DNA of 64,000 bases from Zootoca vivipara (taxonomy: Eukaryota), in contig NC_083288.1 in assembly GCF_963506605.1 (NCBI RefSeq), positions 41,788,001 to 41,852,000 of the forward strand. Reading direction: 5' to 3'. A program made the translations under genes and the position numbers. The notes below the pieces were generated by a model. The model did no database searches. It had not been told where the DNA came from and saw only the letters and a list, made by a program, of their open reading frames with translations. Each line of letters starts with the position of its first letter. The stretch's first letter is position 1. Shown here in pieces: positions 36,237-48,675 of this stretch.

Positions 36237-36451
36237 GTACATAAATTGATACCTTTAACAAGGCAAAGGAGATTGTGGTAAGAGACCAGAGGGGATCTAT
36301 TTCAATGGGTGGCCCTATTCAGAAATAAGATTATGGGCAAGGAAATGTTGACACACCAATATGGAGCATCATTTGAGACAAAGAGGAAAGTAGGAGAGAA
36401 AGATCTTTACTTACTTACTTAACTATTTATACCTTTTCTACCACACTAATA

Positions 36452-36800
36452 GGGGACCCAGGTGGCGCTGTGGTTAAACCACAGAGCCTAGAGCTTGCTG
36501 ATCAGAAGGTCGGCGGTTCGAATCCCTGTGACGGGGTGAGCTCCCGTTGCTTGGTCCCAGCTCCTGCCAACCTAGCAGTTCGAAAGCACGTCAAAATGCA
36601 AGTAGATAAATAGGAACCGCTACAGCGGGAAGGTAAACGGCGTTTCCATGTGCTGCTCTGGTTTGCCAGAAGCGGCTTTGTCATGCTGGCCACATGACCT
36701 GGAAGCTATACGCCGGCTCCCTTGGCCAATAATGCGAGATGAGTGCGCAACCCCAGAGTCGGTCATGACTGGACCTAATGGTCAGGGGTCCCTTTACCTT
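36452..36800 (+). mobile_element. Sauria SINE
   Basis: Very close to 833-1195; TSD taccacactaata/taccacactcata. Confidence 0.92.
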
Positions 36801-37420
36801 ACCACACTCATAATCTAAAAAAGATCCCAGAGAAGCAGCAGCAGCAGCAGCAACACTATCATCAATAACATCATCACCATCATCATCATAATGCAAGAGG
36901 GTCTCTGTCAGAGGGAGGGAGGGAGAAACAAGTACAGGGCTCTCAGATGAATTCCTCAGAGTTGTTATCCAACAACATACAGAGTGCTAAAACTTGTCCA
37001 CCCCTGATTTCTTACTAAATCAGGATGGTTCACACACAAAAAATATATACAAAATAAGAACACAAAATACATAATACATGAACAAACAAACAAACAATAC
37101 ACTAGCACTAGATTCCTAAACACATAAAAAGAAATGACCATGTTGATAACAACAGATGCTTAAGGAAGTCCAGTCCTATGGACTAAAAGGATGTTTTAAA
37201 GAAATAAGAACATAGGTAGTCAACAGGATGCACTTCAGATGATGATGGACTACAACTCTCATGATCCTGGACCATTGGCTATCTTGGCTGGAGCTGATGG
37301 GAGTGGGGAGTCCAACATAACCTGGGAAGTGCCATTTAGATATTCCATGTTCTCACATACCATTCTGATAATGATGTGGTGGTGCACATTTTAGCGGTCA
37401 TAGGTAAGTTTAGAATACTT

Positions 37421-37625
37421 GGGAAGGGCCGTAGTTCAATGGTAGACCAACTGCTTTGCATACAGAGGATCTCTGGGGCACCTCTCTGGAAACTTCAGAA
37501 GCTGCTGGCCATCAGTGTGGACCATACTGAGGAAAATGGACCAACAACAACAACAAATCTTTATTACTGTCAAAGACCAGAGAAATGGACCAATGGCCCA
37601 ACTTGGTATAAGGCAGCTTCCTATA
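37421..37625 (+). mobile_element. tRNA-derived SINE (Squam3-like), degenerate
   Basis: gggaagggccgtagttcaatggtaga...ctgctttgcatacaga...tggaccaatgg...ggtataaggcagcttcctat. Confidence 0.6.
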
Positions 37626-38116
37626 TTCTTCTGAAACTTTACATATTTTTGTCCTAAAATGTATAATTCAGCTATAATTTAGCTACCTATATTTCTCTTT
37701 AAGTCTTTATCTATGTGCTATTGACTACTTTATTATGTTCATAATTTAGAGATTCTTCTGATAAAGTGGCCTATATTTTCCCCCTCAATAAATAAATATA
37801 AATAAAATTGATGCAACACAATTACTTGTTATGCCTCATAACTGATATGTAATCTCAAAAATAAGTATATGTAATCTAAAATGAAGGAGGTGGACTATTC
37901 TGCTGCCTTCCTTAACCAGCATGCCTGGTTAGTCTTTGCCTTTCAATGAAAGCAGAGAGGGAGACATTGGTTTGTGGTAGTGTTTTCCTCTAAGCAAAAG
38001 GATTTATTCCCTCAGCACACACCACCCTCAAATGATAAGCTTGCTGAGTCTACAAGCAGACAGGCAGATGAGACTCGCTCTTGGTATGTGACTGTGTTTC
38101 TGTTTTGTGATTGCAG

Positions 38117-39079
38117 ATGGAGATGGCCAATGAGACTCAAGTCACAGAATTCATCTTGCTAGGATTTGGAGGTGGGCCAAAGAAGCATTTGCTGCTCCTC
38201 ATTCTTTTGACTGCTTTTTATGTGCTGACTTTGGCTGAGAACATGGCCATTATCACCTTGGTCATTCTAGACTCCCACTTGTCACGACTTCCCATGTATC
38301 TCCTGCTGGGGAGCTTCTCCTGGTTGGAGATTTGCTATGTGAGCACCACTATACCTCGCATGCTTTTTGACCTAATAACCCTTCATGGGAAGGTCTCTTT
38401 CCAGGCTTGCTTCCTCCAGTTCTACATCTTTTTTTCTCTTGGTTGCACTGAGGACTTCTTCCTCTCTGCCATGGCTTTGGATCGGTATTTAGCCATATGC
38501 CACCCACTGCACTACCCACAAATTATGTCGCAGAATGCATGCTATGCCCTGATGGCTACCTGTTGGATCCTTGGCTTCCTGTGGAACATTGTCCCAGTGA
38601 CTTTGATCTCCAAGATGTCCTTCTGTGGACCAAACGTCATCGACCATTTGTTGTGTGATCCTGGGCCACTTATGTCTCTGGCCTGCCCCCCACTAGGAAA
38701 TGCTCCTTTCATCTATCAGATTTTTGTGAATGCTGTGATTTTGGGCAACTTGTTGTGTGTCATCCTGTCCTATGGTGCAGTGATTCTCTCTCTGATGAAA
38801 ACCTCAAACCAAGGAAGTCGTAAGAAGGCTTTCTCCACCATATCCTTTCACCTAATGGTGGTGACGATTTTTTATGGTTCTGTGGGAGGCGTATACTTAG
38901 CTGCTCCAGGTGGAGAAAGCAACCCAGAGATCACAAAGGCAGCAACAGTTTTTTATGCTGCCGTCACACCTGTCCTCAACCCACTGATCTACTGTCTGAG
39001 GAATGATAAGATCAAAGAGGCAGCAGGGAGGTTGTTGAAGAGAATGGAGAAATGGTGTTGCACTGGAGAATATCGATAG
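38117..39079 (+). CDS. Olfactory receptor OR-2, 320 aa, intact
   Basis: MEMANETQVTEFILLGF, MALDRYLAICHPLHY, KAFSTISFHL, PVLNPLIYCLRN; acceptor ttgcag|ATG. Confidence 0.96.
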   Translation: MEMANETQVTEFILLGFGGGPKKHLLLLILLTAFYVLTLAENMAIITLVILDSHLSRLPMYLLLGSFSWLEICYVSTTIPRMLFDLITLHGKVSFQACFLQFYIFFSLGCTEDFFLSAMALDRYLAICHPLHYPQIMSQNACYALMATCWILGFLWNIVPVTLISKMSFCGPNVIDHLLCDPGPLMSLACPPLGNAPFIYQIFVNAVILGNLLCVILSYGAVILSLMKTSNQGSRKKAFSTISFHLMVVTIFYGSVGGVYLAAPGGESNPEITKAATVFYAAVTPVLNPLIYCLRNDKIKEAAGRLLKRMEKWCCTGEYR

Positions 39080-39189
39080 TGTAAAAATATTGCAAGAAAA
39101 GAAAAAGGAGAAGCAGAACACCAGCCTACCACAATAAAAAATTGCGGTAGGATGAGCTGTTGCACTTCTTATAGCAGATGAGTGTATCA

Positions 39190-39232
<43 letters not shown>

Positions 39233-39234
39233 TC

Positions 39235-39805
39235 TTTTCTTTTAAAAAAATAATTTTTATTGACTTTCTTTTCTCATAACAAATATCCAGTATCATTACT
39301 AAACATTCGTTTTTCAATTTCCCCCCTCCCTGTTGACTTCCCTCGACTTCCATTTCTGGTTTATTACATCCAATGATAGGTTCTGCTATTTATATATAAT
39401 ACTATGTTATCACATTGTTCTACTTTTGTTCTCTGTAAATAAAATTGTAAATGTTTATTTAAATCCTGCCAGCGAGTCCATTTTCTTTTTGTTTCTGCAA
39501 TTATATTGTAAAGGGTTCCCATTCTTTTTCAAAGTCACTATTGTCCTTTTCACACAATTTGTCCATTAACTTTGCTAACTCTGCATAGTTCATCAATTTT
39601 CTTGCCATTGTTCTTTTGATGGTACTTCTCCAGTCTTCCAATTTTGTGCTATTAAGATTCTTGCTGCTGTTGTAGCATATGTAAATAAAGTCCATTTTCT
39701 TTTGGTAACTCTTTTCCTAAAATACCTAACAGCAAAGCTTCTGTTTTTTTAACAAATGTTATTGTAAACATTTCTTCAGTTCATTGAATATCATTTCCCA
39801 ACATG
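39235..39805 (-). mobile_element. L1-clade 3' end
   Basis: Minus ORF ...LMNYAELAKL...FEKEWEPF; poly-T and tttatt at the left end. Confidence 0.72.
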
Positions 39806-40159
39806 TGACATTTTTACATGAAATTCTTGCTGCTAGAAGTATGATGCATTGGCCAGTTTATACTAGCATGGTTTTTGTTTTTGTTTTTGGGTTTTTTTAC
39901 TTAAGGAAAGATTCAAAAATGGTATTCCCTGAATGTGTCATAAAGCAAGAGGGTTAAGACAGAAACTTAGTACCACAGAGAGAAGGCACAGATTAAGGAA
40001 GGAGGCAGAGAAAGAGAATGCCAGCTGGTTTAAATGAAGCCCATCATTTTTCTATTACTCCTGCTTGATTATTCTAACATTTAATGATAACTAGCACAAC
40101 TCAAAACATTCTCTACCTCCCATCTTGCTTTCAATATGTTTCCTTCAAGTGCTGAATTT

Positions 40160-41220
40160 CGTAGAATCATAGAGTTGGAAGAGACCACAAGGGCCATCCA
40201 GTCCAACCCCCTGCCAAGCAGGAAACACCATCAAAGCATTCTTGACATATGCCTGTCAAGCCTCTGCTTAAAGACCTCCAAAGAAGGAGACTCCACCACA
40301 CTCCTTGGTAGCAAATTCCACTGTCGAACAGCTCTTACTGTCAGGAAGTTCTTCCTAATGTTTAGGTGGAATCTTCTTTCTTGTAGTTTGAATCCATTGC
40401 TCCGTGTCCGCTTCTCTGGAGCAGCAGAAAACAACCTTTCTCCCTCCTCTAGCTGACATCCTTTTACAGTGGAACCTCGATTTATGAATACCTCGGTTTA
40501 CGAATTTTCGGTTTACGAACGCCGCGGACCCATCTGGAACGGATTAATTTACTTTCCATTACTTTCAATGGGAAAGTTCGCTTCAGTTTATGAACGCTTC
40601 AGTTTATGAACAGACTTCCGGAACCAATTACACCCATGCTTTGGCTTAAGTACGCTTCAGGTTGAGTACTCCACGGACCCGTCTGGAACAGATTAATCCA
40701 CTTTCCATTACTTTCAATGGGAAAGTTTGCTTCAGTTTATGAACGCTTCAGTTTATGAACAGACTTCCGGAACCAATTGTGTTCATAAACCGAGGTACCA
40801 CTGTATATATTTGAACATGGCTATCAATCACCCCTTAACCTTCTCTTCTCCAGGCTAAACATACCCAGCTCACTAAGCTGTTCCTCATATGGCATCATTG
40901 CCAGGCCTTTGACCATTTTGGTTGCCCTCCCCTAGACACATTCCAGCTTGTCAGTATCCTTCTTGAACTGTGGTGCCCAGAACTGGACACAGTACTCCAG
41001 GTGAGGTCTGACCAGAGCAGAATACAGTGGTACTATTACTTCCCTTGATCTAGATGCTATACTCCTATTGATGCTTCCCAGAATTGCATTGGCTTTTTTA
41101 GCTGCTGCATCACACTGTTGACTCATGTCAAGTTTGTGGTCTACCAAGACTCCTAGATCCTTTTCACATGTACTGCTCTCAGGCCAGGTGTCTCCCATCC
41201 TGTATTTGTGCCTTTTATTC
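40160..41220 (-). mobile_element. CR1 LINE 3' fragment with a nested MITE
   Basis: [64 protein letters not shown]. Confidence 0.93.
40467..40803. mobile_element. Tc1/mariner (Tigger-like) MITE inserted in the CR1
   Basis: TA|cagtggaacctcg...cgaggtaccactg|TA; same family as 35189-35615. Confidence 0.9.
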
Positions 41221-41719
41221 CCCCCCCCAAGTGTAGTGTAATTTAGATTTCTACAATTTGGGATGGACTCTTCAAAAGGACAGCCGCCCATCCCGGCTAG
41301 ACCTGGCACATCACACATGATGTGACATCATGTACATGTTGGGCCCAACTTGGCGCGCCTGAGATGAAGGGAAGTATATAAATTTAAAATACTACTACTC
41401 ATCATAATAATGTTATTACAGTAATGGCTACTAGACACTGTGGCTACGGTCTCCCTACATTGTTGTGTTGCTGGAAGACAATGGTGGGGTGAATTGCTGT
41501 TGTGTTGTGTGTTTATACATAGGCATATGCTTGGTCAGTGAGAAGAGGATGCTAGTTTACATGGGCCCCTGGACTGATCCAGTTAAATTCTCATGTTCTG
41601 TGCTGTTTAACATCTACAGTGTATGAAACCACTTGTTGAGGTCATCTAAAGATATAGAGCAAATAGAAAAGAGTACGTGGCAACATTAATATGGATATAA
41701 AATCTAAGGAATAAGTAAC

Positions 41720-41721
41720 AT

Positions 41722-41764
<43 letters not shown>

Positions 41765-41765
41765 T
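41720..41765. repeat. (ATTT)n microsatellite
   Basis: Direct reading. Confidence 0.95.
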
Positions 41766-42849
41766 TTTGGTCCATCCACCTCATGATCACTTAATGTTTA
41801 CAGGTCTTGAAGCTGCTTACAATAATAAAAAAACCAACATTTTAAAATGTAATCCAAATCCATAAGTATACAATGAGCACAATTTCAAATGATTTTTTAT
41901 TAAGAAAAAATGCAAAATATTACATAATATACACAATTTTAAACCATTCATGTTTATATTGCAGCCAGATGGATCACTTCACAACAACGAAAGACCTGAG
42001 CTTGTGTGTGTGTTTGTGTGTATGTCTATATCTATATCTATATAGGCTTATAGCCATTCCAGAACAGTTAACCCACCAAAATGATTTTTTCAAGGGACAA
42101 TCAATACCAGGCTCATTCTTAGTGTGGCATGACTTTATCATTTATACAAATAAAAGAGACTCTGCAAGACACCCACCCACCACAAATTACAGTATACACA
42201 GATTTGGAACAAAGACTAATAAAGACTAAACATAAGTGATAAGAACTAGAAATTGACAGAGGTTTTCTCATCCAATAACAGATCGCCAGGATGATGCAAA
42301 GCTTCTATCTGTGTTTCCTGTTGCACCTGTTAAGAAAATCAGTGACTCTGTCTACTTTATGCCAACATCCTCACTGTTTCCATAAGCCCCCCTGGGAGAT
42401 ATGTACAAAAAGAAATCATCGTTTTTCCCTTGATGGAATGTTTCCTTGAACTTAGCTGATGCCTCTTGCTTGTTAGGCTGGAGAACAGAGAAGGATGTGT
42501 GAATGTGTGTGGAAACGAACCCACAGCACAAAGCTAGAATTCACATTTGGTGCTCTGCCTGCTTCCACCTCTGGCCCTGCCCACCGGCATGTGCTTCTTG
42601 GAAGCTTGACGAGAAGCCAACATAGAGTTCGGTCTGAATAGGCTTCCCCAACCCTGATGTTGTCAAGGGTGGTGAGATTCATTTCATTATAAGTTTAGCA
42701 ACTAGCCATCAGACAAATTGTGAAAAAATCCCAACAACTGGTTTTGGGCTTGTTCTTAAAGCAAATAACTGAACTGCGTTGTCAGGGAATGTGGTCATCA
42801 GGTAACTATGAACTCATTCCTGATTTCTCACCATACCTTAGATTTTTGC

Positions 42850-43312
42850 AAAACACATCAGCAGGGAAAGTTGCTTCTTTCTACCCATGGCAAATGAAGA
42901 TGATGGACTTTATGGAACTTGCTGAGCTGACCAGGAGACTTTGTGAGCAGGGAGAAGAGACGGTGGAAGAAGATTGGGAAAATTTTTAATTTATATCTGA
43001 AAAAAATATTGTAATATTTAATATTGTCTAGGAAAGGAGGTATAGGTTTTCGGAATTTGCTTAGGATATAGGTTAAATTTAAGATGTTTTTCACGGAAAC
43101 ATTGTATAAGAGATTAGTTATTAGAAACTGCCGAATAATATATGGAAAATGAAATTCAGAAGGGGGGAACAGGGGGAAGTCACTTACTGGTGTAAGGAAA
43201 ATGTTATGATGTTGTAAGGGAAACTTTTCTTTTTTTATTTTTTATGTATTTTTTATGTTTTCTTATAAAATGAATATTAAAATGAAATTATTATTATTAT
43301 TATTAATAAAGA
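42850..43312 (+). mobile_element. L1-clade 3' end
   Basis: WQMKMMDFMELAELT...EEDWENF, G-rich UTR and AATAAA. Confidence 0.65.
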
Positions 43313-43412
43313 AAATTGCTTCTTTCTATCCAGCTCTGTACATATCAGCTGTACATATTGGTTACATATTTGGGTGCTTTGCTTTGTTGTCGTTGTTTTC
43401 CTTCCCCACTTT

Positions 43413-44372
43413 TTAAGTTGTTTCCTTTCTCCCCAGAGACCTCACCTTTCTCCTCAGCAACCTACCCACTGCCTCTTTCACCTGATCATTCCTCAGACAA
43501 TAGATCAAAGGGTTGAGAAAGGGCGTGATGGCTGTGTAGAAGAGGGTCACTGCCTTGGTGACCTCTGACTGGCTTTCTCCACCTGGAATCAAGTACATCC
43601 CTGCGACTGAGCCATAGAAAAGTGTGACCACCACAAGGTGGAATGATATGGTGGAGAAGGCCTTCCTACGATTACCTTGGCTAGAGGTTTTCATCAGGGT
43701 GAGAATTACAGTGCTGTAGGACAGCACAACAAAGGAGACGTTGCCTATAATCAGGCCGTTGAGGCAAATCTTGCTGAAGAGGGGAGCATTTCCGAGTGGA
43801 GGGCATGCCAGGGCCAGAATTGGTCCAGGATCGCACAAGAAGTGGTCGATGGTGTTAGATCCACAGAAGGACAACAGGGAGATCAAAACTGCTGGGACAA
43901 GGTACCACAGGAAACCAACAACCCAACACAGAGCGACCAGAGTGTAGCAGAAGTGTGGGGACATTATGTGTGGGTAGCGTAGGGGGCGGCAGATAGCCAA
44001 GTACCGGTCCAAGGCCATGGTTGAGAGGAAGAAGCATTCAGTACAACCAAGTGAAAAGAAAATGTAGAACTGGAGGAAGCAATCATGGAAAGAAATGACC
44101 CTATGAGGGGAAGCCAGGTCAAAGAGCATGCGAGGCACAGTGGTGGATACGTAGCACATCTCTAGCCAGGAGAAGTTGCTCAGTAGAATATACATGGGAA
44201 GTTGAGCCAAGTGGTTGTCTAGAAACACCAGTGTGATAATGGTGATGTTCTCCGCCAAAGTGAGCATGTAGAGAATGGTGAAAAAAATGAGGAGCAGGAA
44301 CCGTTTGTGCTGTCCAATTCCAAATCCCAGCAAAATGAATTCCTGGACAGAAGTCGTATTGTCCATCTCCAT
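43413..44372 (-). CDS. Olfactory receptor OR-3, 319 aa, intact
   Basis: MEMDNTTSVQEFILLGF, MALDRYLAICRPLRY, KAFSTISFHL, PFLNPLIYCLRN; acceptor ttccag|ATG. The longer ORF start at 44429 is intronic. Confidence 0.96.
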   Translation of the reverse strand: MEMDNTTSVQEFILLGFGIGQHKRFLLLIFFTILYMLTLAENITIITLVFLDNHLAQLPMYILLSNFSWLEMCYVSTTVPRMLFDLASPHRVISFHDCFLQFYIFFSLGCTECFFLSTMALDRYLAICRPLRYPHIMSPHFCYTLVALCWVVGFLWYLVPAVLISLLSFCGSNTIDHFLCDPGPILALACPPLGNAPLFSKICLNGLIIGNVSFVVLSYSTVILTLMKTSSQGNRRKAFSTISFHLVVVTLFYGSVAGMYLIPGGESQSEVTKAVTLFYTAITPFLNPLIYCLRNDQVKEAVGRLLRRKVRSLGRKETT

Positions 44373-44954
44373 CTGGAATAAGATGGATGCACTGTAAACC
44401 ACATAGAGGTTATGTCTGTCTGTTACCACTGAAAGGCAGAGGAAAAGTGAGGAAAAGTGATCCTTCCAACTCCTCTTTCAGATCACATTTGAATCTAAAA
44501 AGTAAACATGGCAAATGTATTCAGAATAGTTTGGCTTGGGTTAGTGTAATCTTGAACATATCCAAGCTTGACCCTGATTGTGAATATTGTTCACAGTCTC
44601 AGAGAAGTATCATCATTTGTCTGCTGGAACCTGAAATGAGGCATTTAATTCATTGAACTTAAATAGCTATCCAGCAGCAAACATTTCCTAGGTGTCCTAG
44701 AAACAAAGAAGGCAAAGCTAAAAATGTAATTTATAATCATTGAAAGTTGCTATCTTTTTTTAAAAGGTAGTGAATAATCACCTATATAAAATGCCTTACT
44801 AGAGGTTTGTGCGTATGTTCTTACTCCTTAATTATTATTATTTTGCAACATGTTATCCTATCCAACATGGGATTATATATTACCTACTTCCACTGAAACC
44901 CTGTGTATCTACTTAGAAGTTAGCCCTTCTCCTAATTTTGCAATGATATTTATG

Positions 44955-44990
<36 letters not shown>

Positions 44991-45431
44991 ACTTACAAAA
45001 TGTGACACTTGGGATAAAGTATATTTAGAAATGCATCCTTTCATAAAGGATATATATTTAGAAATGTGTATTTTTCAAGAAAATCCATATAAAAATACTG
45101 TTTTAAATAGGAGTTTTCCTTTAGCTATTAAAGTACAGTTTAATGAAGACTCAAGACTGAACAGACTTATGAATGAACACCTCCAAAAGTGAAATAAACT
45201 ATAAATACACTGATCTAACTACAATTTTATTCCTAGTCTATCCCCCCTGCACCACCACCTTTTGTTATTTTGCAGATAGGTGACCCCCTCCCAAAAGCTT
45301 CTCAGCTCTTTCCTGAGACAAGGAGCAAACACAGACGTGTCAGGCACCTTGAGTGAAAGTCATCCCATCTTACATTACTAAACAATTTAAATGATACTTT
45401 TGGGTGAGATCTATTCCAAAATTCTATATTA

Positions 45432-45805
45432 GTGTAATACCTTCATTAGACCAACCAAAATATCACAAAATAGCACACAGGTCTTCATGTTCTCCAGAAT
45501 TCTTCATCAGACTAGATGTCAAGTAAAGTTGCGGGGTAGGGTGCTGGGGAGAGTAGAAGAAACTTTGGATGGCGGCTAAGCCATGAGCCTGCACCTTTTA
45601 TAAGAGCCTTAAGATGGAGCGTAGGAAGAAGGAGGAGAGATGTAGCTAACACTCTTCTCCCATGTTCCATCTTAAGACTCTTTTGAGATGCAGACTCGTG
45701 GAACAGTCAACTCCCCCCTACAACCCTTTCATTGTGTACCATCAAGCCCAATGAAGCTTCCACTTTATTTTGTGGCATTTCAGTTGACCTAATAAAACTA
45801 TTGCC
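45432..45805. repeat. Imperfect ~370-bp palindromic element with Penelope-like arms
   Basis: Outer arms attagaccaacc...cacaaaatag vs tattttgtg...gttgacctaata; inner arms aagagccttaagatggagc vs gttccatcttaagactctt. Confidence 0.6.
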
Positions 45806-46104
45806 CATGAAATTTGCTGTAGAGATTTTTAAGACAGGCCAGTGAGGTTACTTTAACTTAGTTAGTTAGTTGGTGTCAATTTGCAAGGTAAGAGGATTTG
45901 TAGGCCACAAATGATAGCAGAGAACCAAATTATTTGGTATGATTGTTAAGTAAAAATCAGGGAATGCAGCTCGGAATCCCAGAGACATCTCACAGCCCTT
46001 CCCAAGTACTCATCTATGTCTCTTTGACCACACACTTCTCTAATGATCTATCACATTTCCTTGAAGCAGCCTTCAACTCTTTCTAGAAGTCTCCATTTCT
46101 TTAC

Positions 46105-46345
46105 CTCAGTAGTTTTCGATACGTTCCTCCATCCAGCTGAAGGCTCATCACAAATGTTGTGTCAGGATTCGTAGATGGGAACATGTTGCTGTTCCCTCTG
46201 CCTTGCATGGGTGTTCAGTTGTCATATTCATGGGCTATATGAGAAGAATGAGTGAGTCTTTGTATCTACTACAGAAATCCTGAATGCTCATGTTAAATAT
46301 TAGGCGTCCATTGGGAATGTGTCCCTCAAGAACCAATGCCATTAG
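46105..46345 (-). promoter_or_regulatory. Candidate OR-3 promoter motif and 5' non-coding exon
   Basis: Minus strand ctaatggcattggttcttgagggacacattcccaatgg (46345-46308); donor ctactgag|gtaaag at 46105. Confidence 0.55.
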
Positions 46346-47529
46346 CTATTAAAAGCCAAGAGACAGGTTACTTCCTTCAACCATGGTGAAAACACAGACA
46401 ATTTCCATTGTTAAAAACCTTTGTTTTCTTTTTGGCTAAACATGGACTGAATATTCTGATTGTGTTTTGTGTGAATTTATTCTACCTATTTTTGGCTCCA
46501 CTGCTGTCTTGTATTTACCCCCAATTCATTGGACTCTGAGGCAATGTTTGGTTATTTTTAATCACCTTTGTTGAAGATTGTGGTTGCCTCAACAGATCTA
46601 TCACCCTCTTACCTGCTAACTATGTCTAAAGGGTGCCAAATCAATTGTTAAACAAAGGTTTATGGACCTAGTTTCAATGACCTTCATGGGGACCCTGTTT
46701 CCCTCAGTTACTGGGGTTACCATGCCCCCCCTGTAAAGATGGAATACCATACTTGGGATACGTAAAAAATGCCTAAATATGGCAGGGTTTTCTCTTTGGT
46801 AAGGTTTAATGTTCTCCCTTCTAATTTATTTGATGGCAGATACAATAAAACGCCAATGAACAATGGATATTTCCCTTCTAGCAACACAAAGGTGGATTCT
46901 GTCTCTCATGTCCCCCCTTTTGTCAAGGGGCTAGGAAATATCTAAAATGCCTCATTACACAACCCTTCCCTGGACACTCTTATGAGTCTTTTTGCTTCAG
47001 GACTCCAACAAATCACTCACAGGGCAAGTGGCAATGTAATAAGACCATTGTTATCCGACCACTTATGATTCCTTTATCTATTATTGTCATTGCGTGCTTT
47101 TAGTTGTATTAATGTGCATTTTTATTAATGCTATTTATTGCTAATGTTTTAAAATGTCATAATGGTGTCTTTACTGCAAATAAATAAAAAGAAGAAGAGT
47201 AATCAGATGGCTGTGTTGTGTCATGGAACAGGTTCTGTGGTGGAATTTGGAATTTGGAGCAAGATCTAAAGTCCCCACTCTCTGCTTCCTGAAGCCTGAA
47301 GCAAAACGAGGCAAACATGCAGTAATCAGTTGTGACTGAAGTCATCTGAAGCACTGATTTAGACCAGGCCTTTGCCCAAATAATCCCACAAAAATAAAGA
47401 ATATATTTCATTCACAATATTAAAATAGTAGCACAGTATGAACCTTGTTACCAGATAGGAACAAAATATTTAAGATGCTTTAATTGACCTTTTTAGCTGA
47501 AATTTCTTGCACTGCAGGGGTTTGGACTA

Positions 47530-47875
47530 GTTTATGTATTTTATTTATTAGGTTTATATACTTCCCTTCATCAAGCAATCCCAGGGCAGTTCACAGAATA
47601 AAATAAAAGATAAAACACAATTAAGTAATTAAACCGAAAGAACAAAACAATAACCACCTCCTTCCCACAGATACATTTAAAAGGCTGTGGGATATTAATC
47701 AGACAAAGGCCTGGTTGAAGAAGAACGTTTTCCCCTGGTGCCTAAGAATACATTATGAAGGCGCCAGGCGAACCTCCCTGGGGAGCCCATTCCACAAACG
47801 GGGGGCCACTACAGGAAAGGCCCATCCTTGTGTTGCCACCCTGTGGACCTCATATGGAGGTGGCACATGAAGACC
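47530..47875 (-). mobile_element. L2 LINE 3' fragment
   Basis: Translated AFPVVAPRLWNGLPREVRLAPS. Confidence 0.75.
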
Positions 47876-48120
47876 CTCCCCTCCCCTCCCTTTCCCTTCC
47901 CTTCCCTTATGAACCAAAGCTTCATCAATCAACCAATGCTTTACACACAGAGAACCTAAGTTGAAAAACAGGACCACCTTTGGGGCACAGGTCTTCCTCA
48001 GATTCTATATGTTGGCAATCTTATCAGTAAACAAGCTAGCAAGCTGCAATGAGTCAGACTTAGCTCAGTAGGTCTGAGTATAAACAGTGTTTATACTCAA
48101 TTAATAGTGGCTCCCCAGGG

Positions 48121-48245
48121 CAGGAGTCCCAACTTGAATAAGATATTGGGCCCTGGCAATGCCCATCAACCTGGGGGGGCCTGCCCCCCAAATATTTTGT
48201 TGAGGGAGCCGAAGACCCCTCAGCCCTTAGGAGTTGGCTCCTATG
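48121..48245. mobile_element. 125-bp hAT-type MITE
   Basis: Ends caggagtcccaac...gttggctcctatg; TSD ccccaggg/ccccgggg. Confidence 0.6.
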
Positions 48246-48424
48246 CCCCGGGGCTTCAGCCAGGGGTGTTCAGCCCTTTCCAGTGATGCCCTACCACTAA
48301 CCTATGACCCTTCCCCTCAAAAACTTCCCATTGGTTTATTTCTGAATATGATTTGGCCACATGATATACCACCAAACTTCCTCAATAGTTTGTGAGTTCC
48401 TCCTTAGGGTCTTTAACTCTAAGT

Positions 48425-48675
48425 CAGGGGCCAGCAACCCTTTTCAGCCGTGGGCCGGTCCACTGTCCCTCAGACCTTGTGGGGTGCCGGACTATATTTT
48501 AGAGGGGGGAAATGAACGAATTTCTATGTCCCACAAATAACCCAGAGATGCATTTTAAATAAAAACACACATTCTACTCATGTAGAAACACACTGATTCC
48601 CAGACTACCCATGGGCCAGATTTAGAAGGCAATTGGGCCGCCCCCGCCCCCCGGGCCTTAGTTTGCCTACCCATT
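48425..48675. mobile_element. ~250-bp hAT MITE
   Basis: Same family as 32838; perfect TSD ctctaagt. Confidence 0.9.

Noticed and set aside
44373-44429. N-terminal extension of OR-3 in the ORF track (also 38111-38116 for OR-2)
   Set aside because: It lies upstream of the splice acceptor that precedes the ATG in paralogues, so it is intronic.
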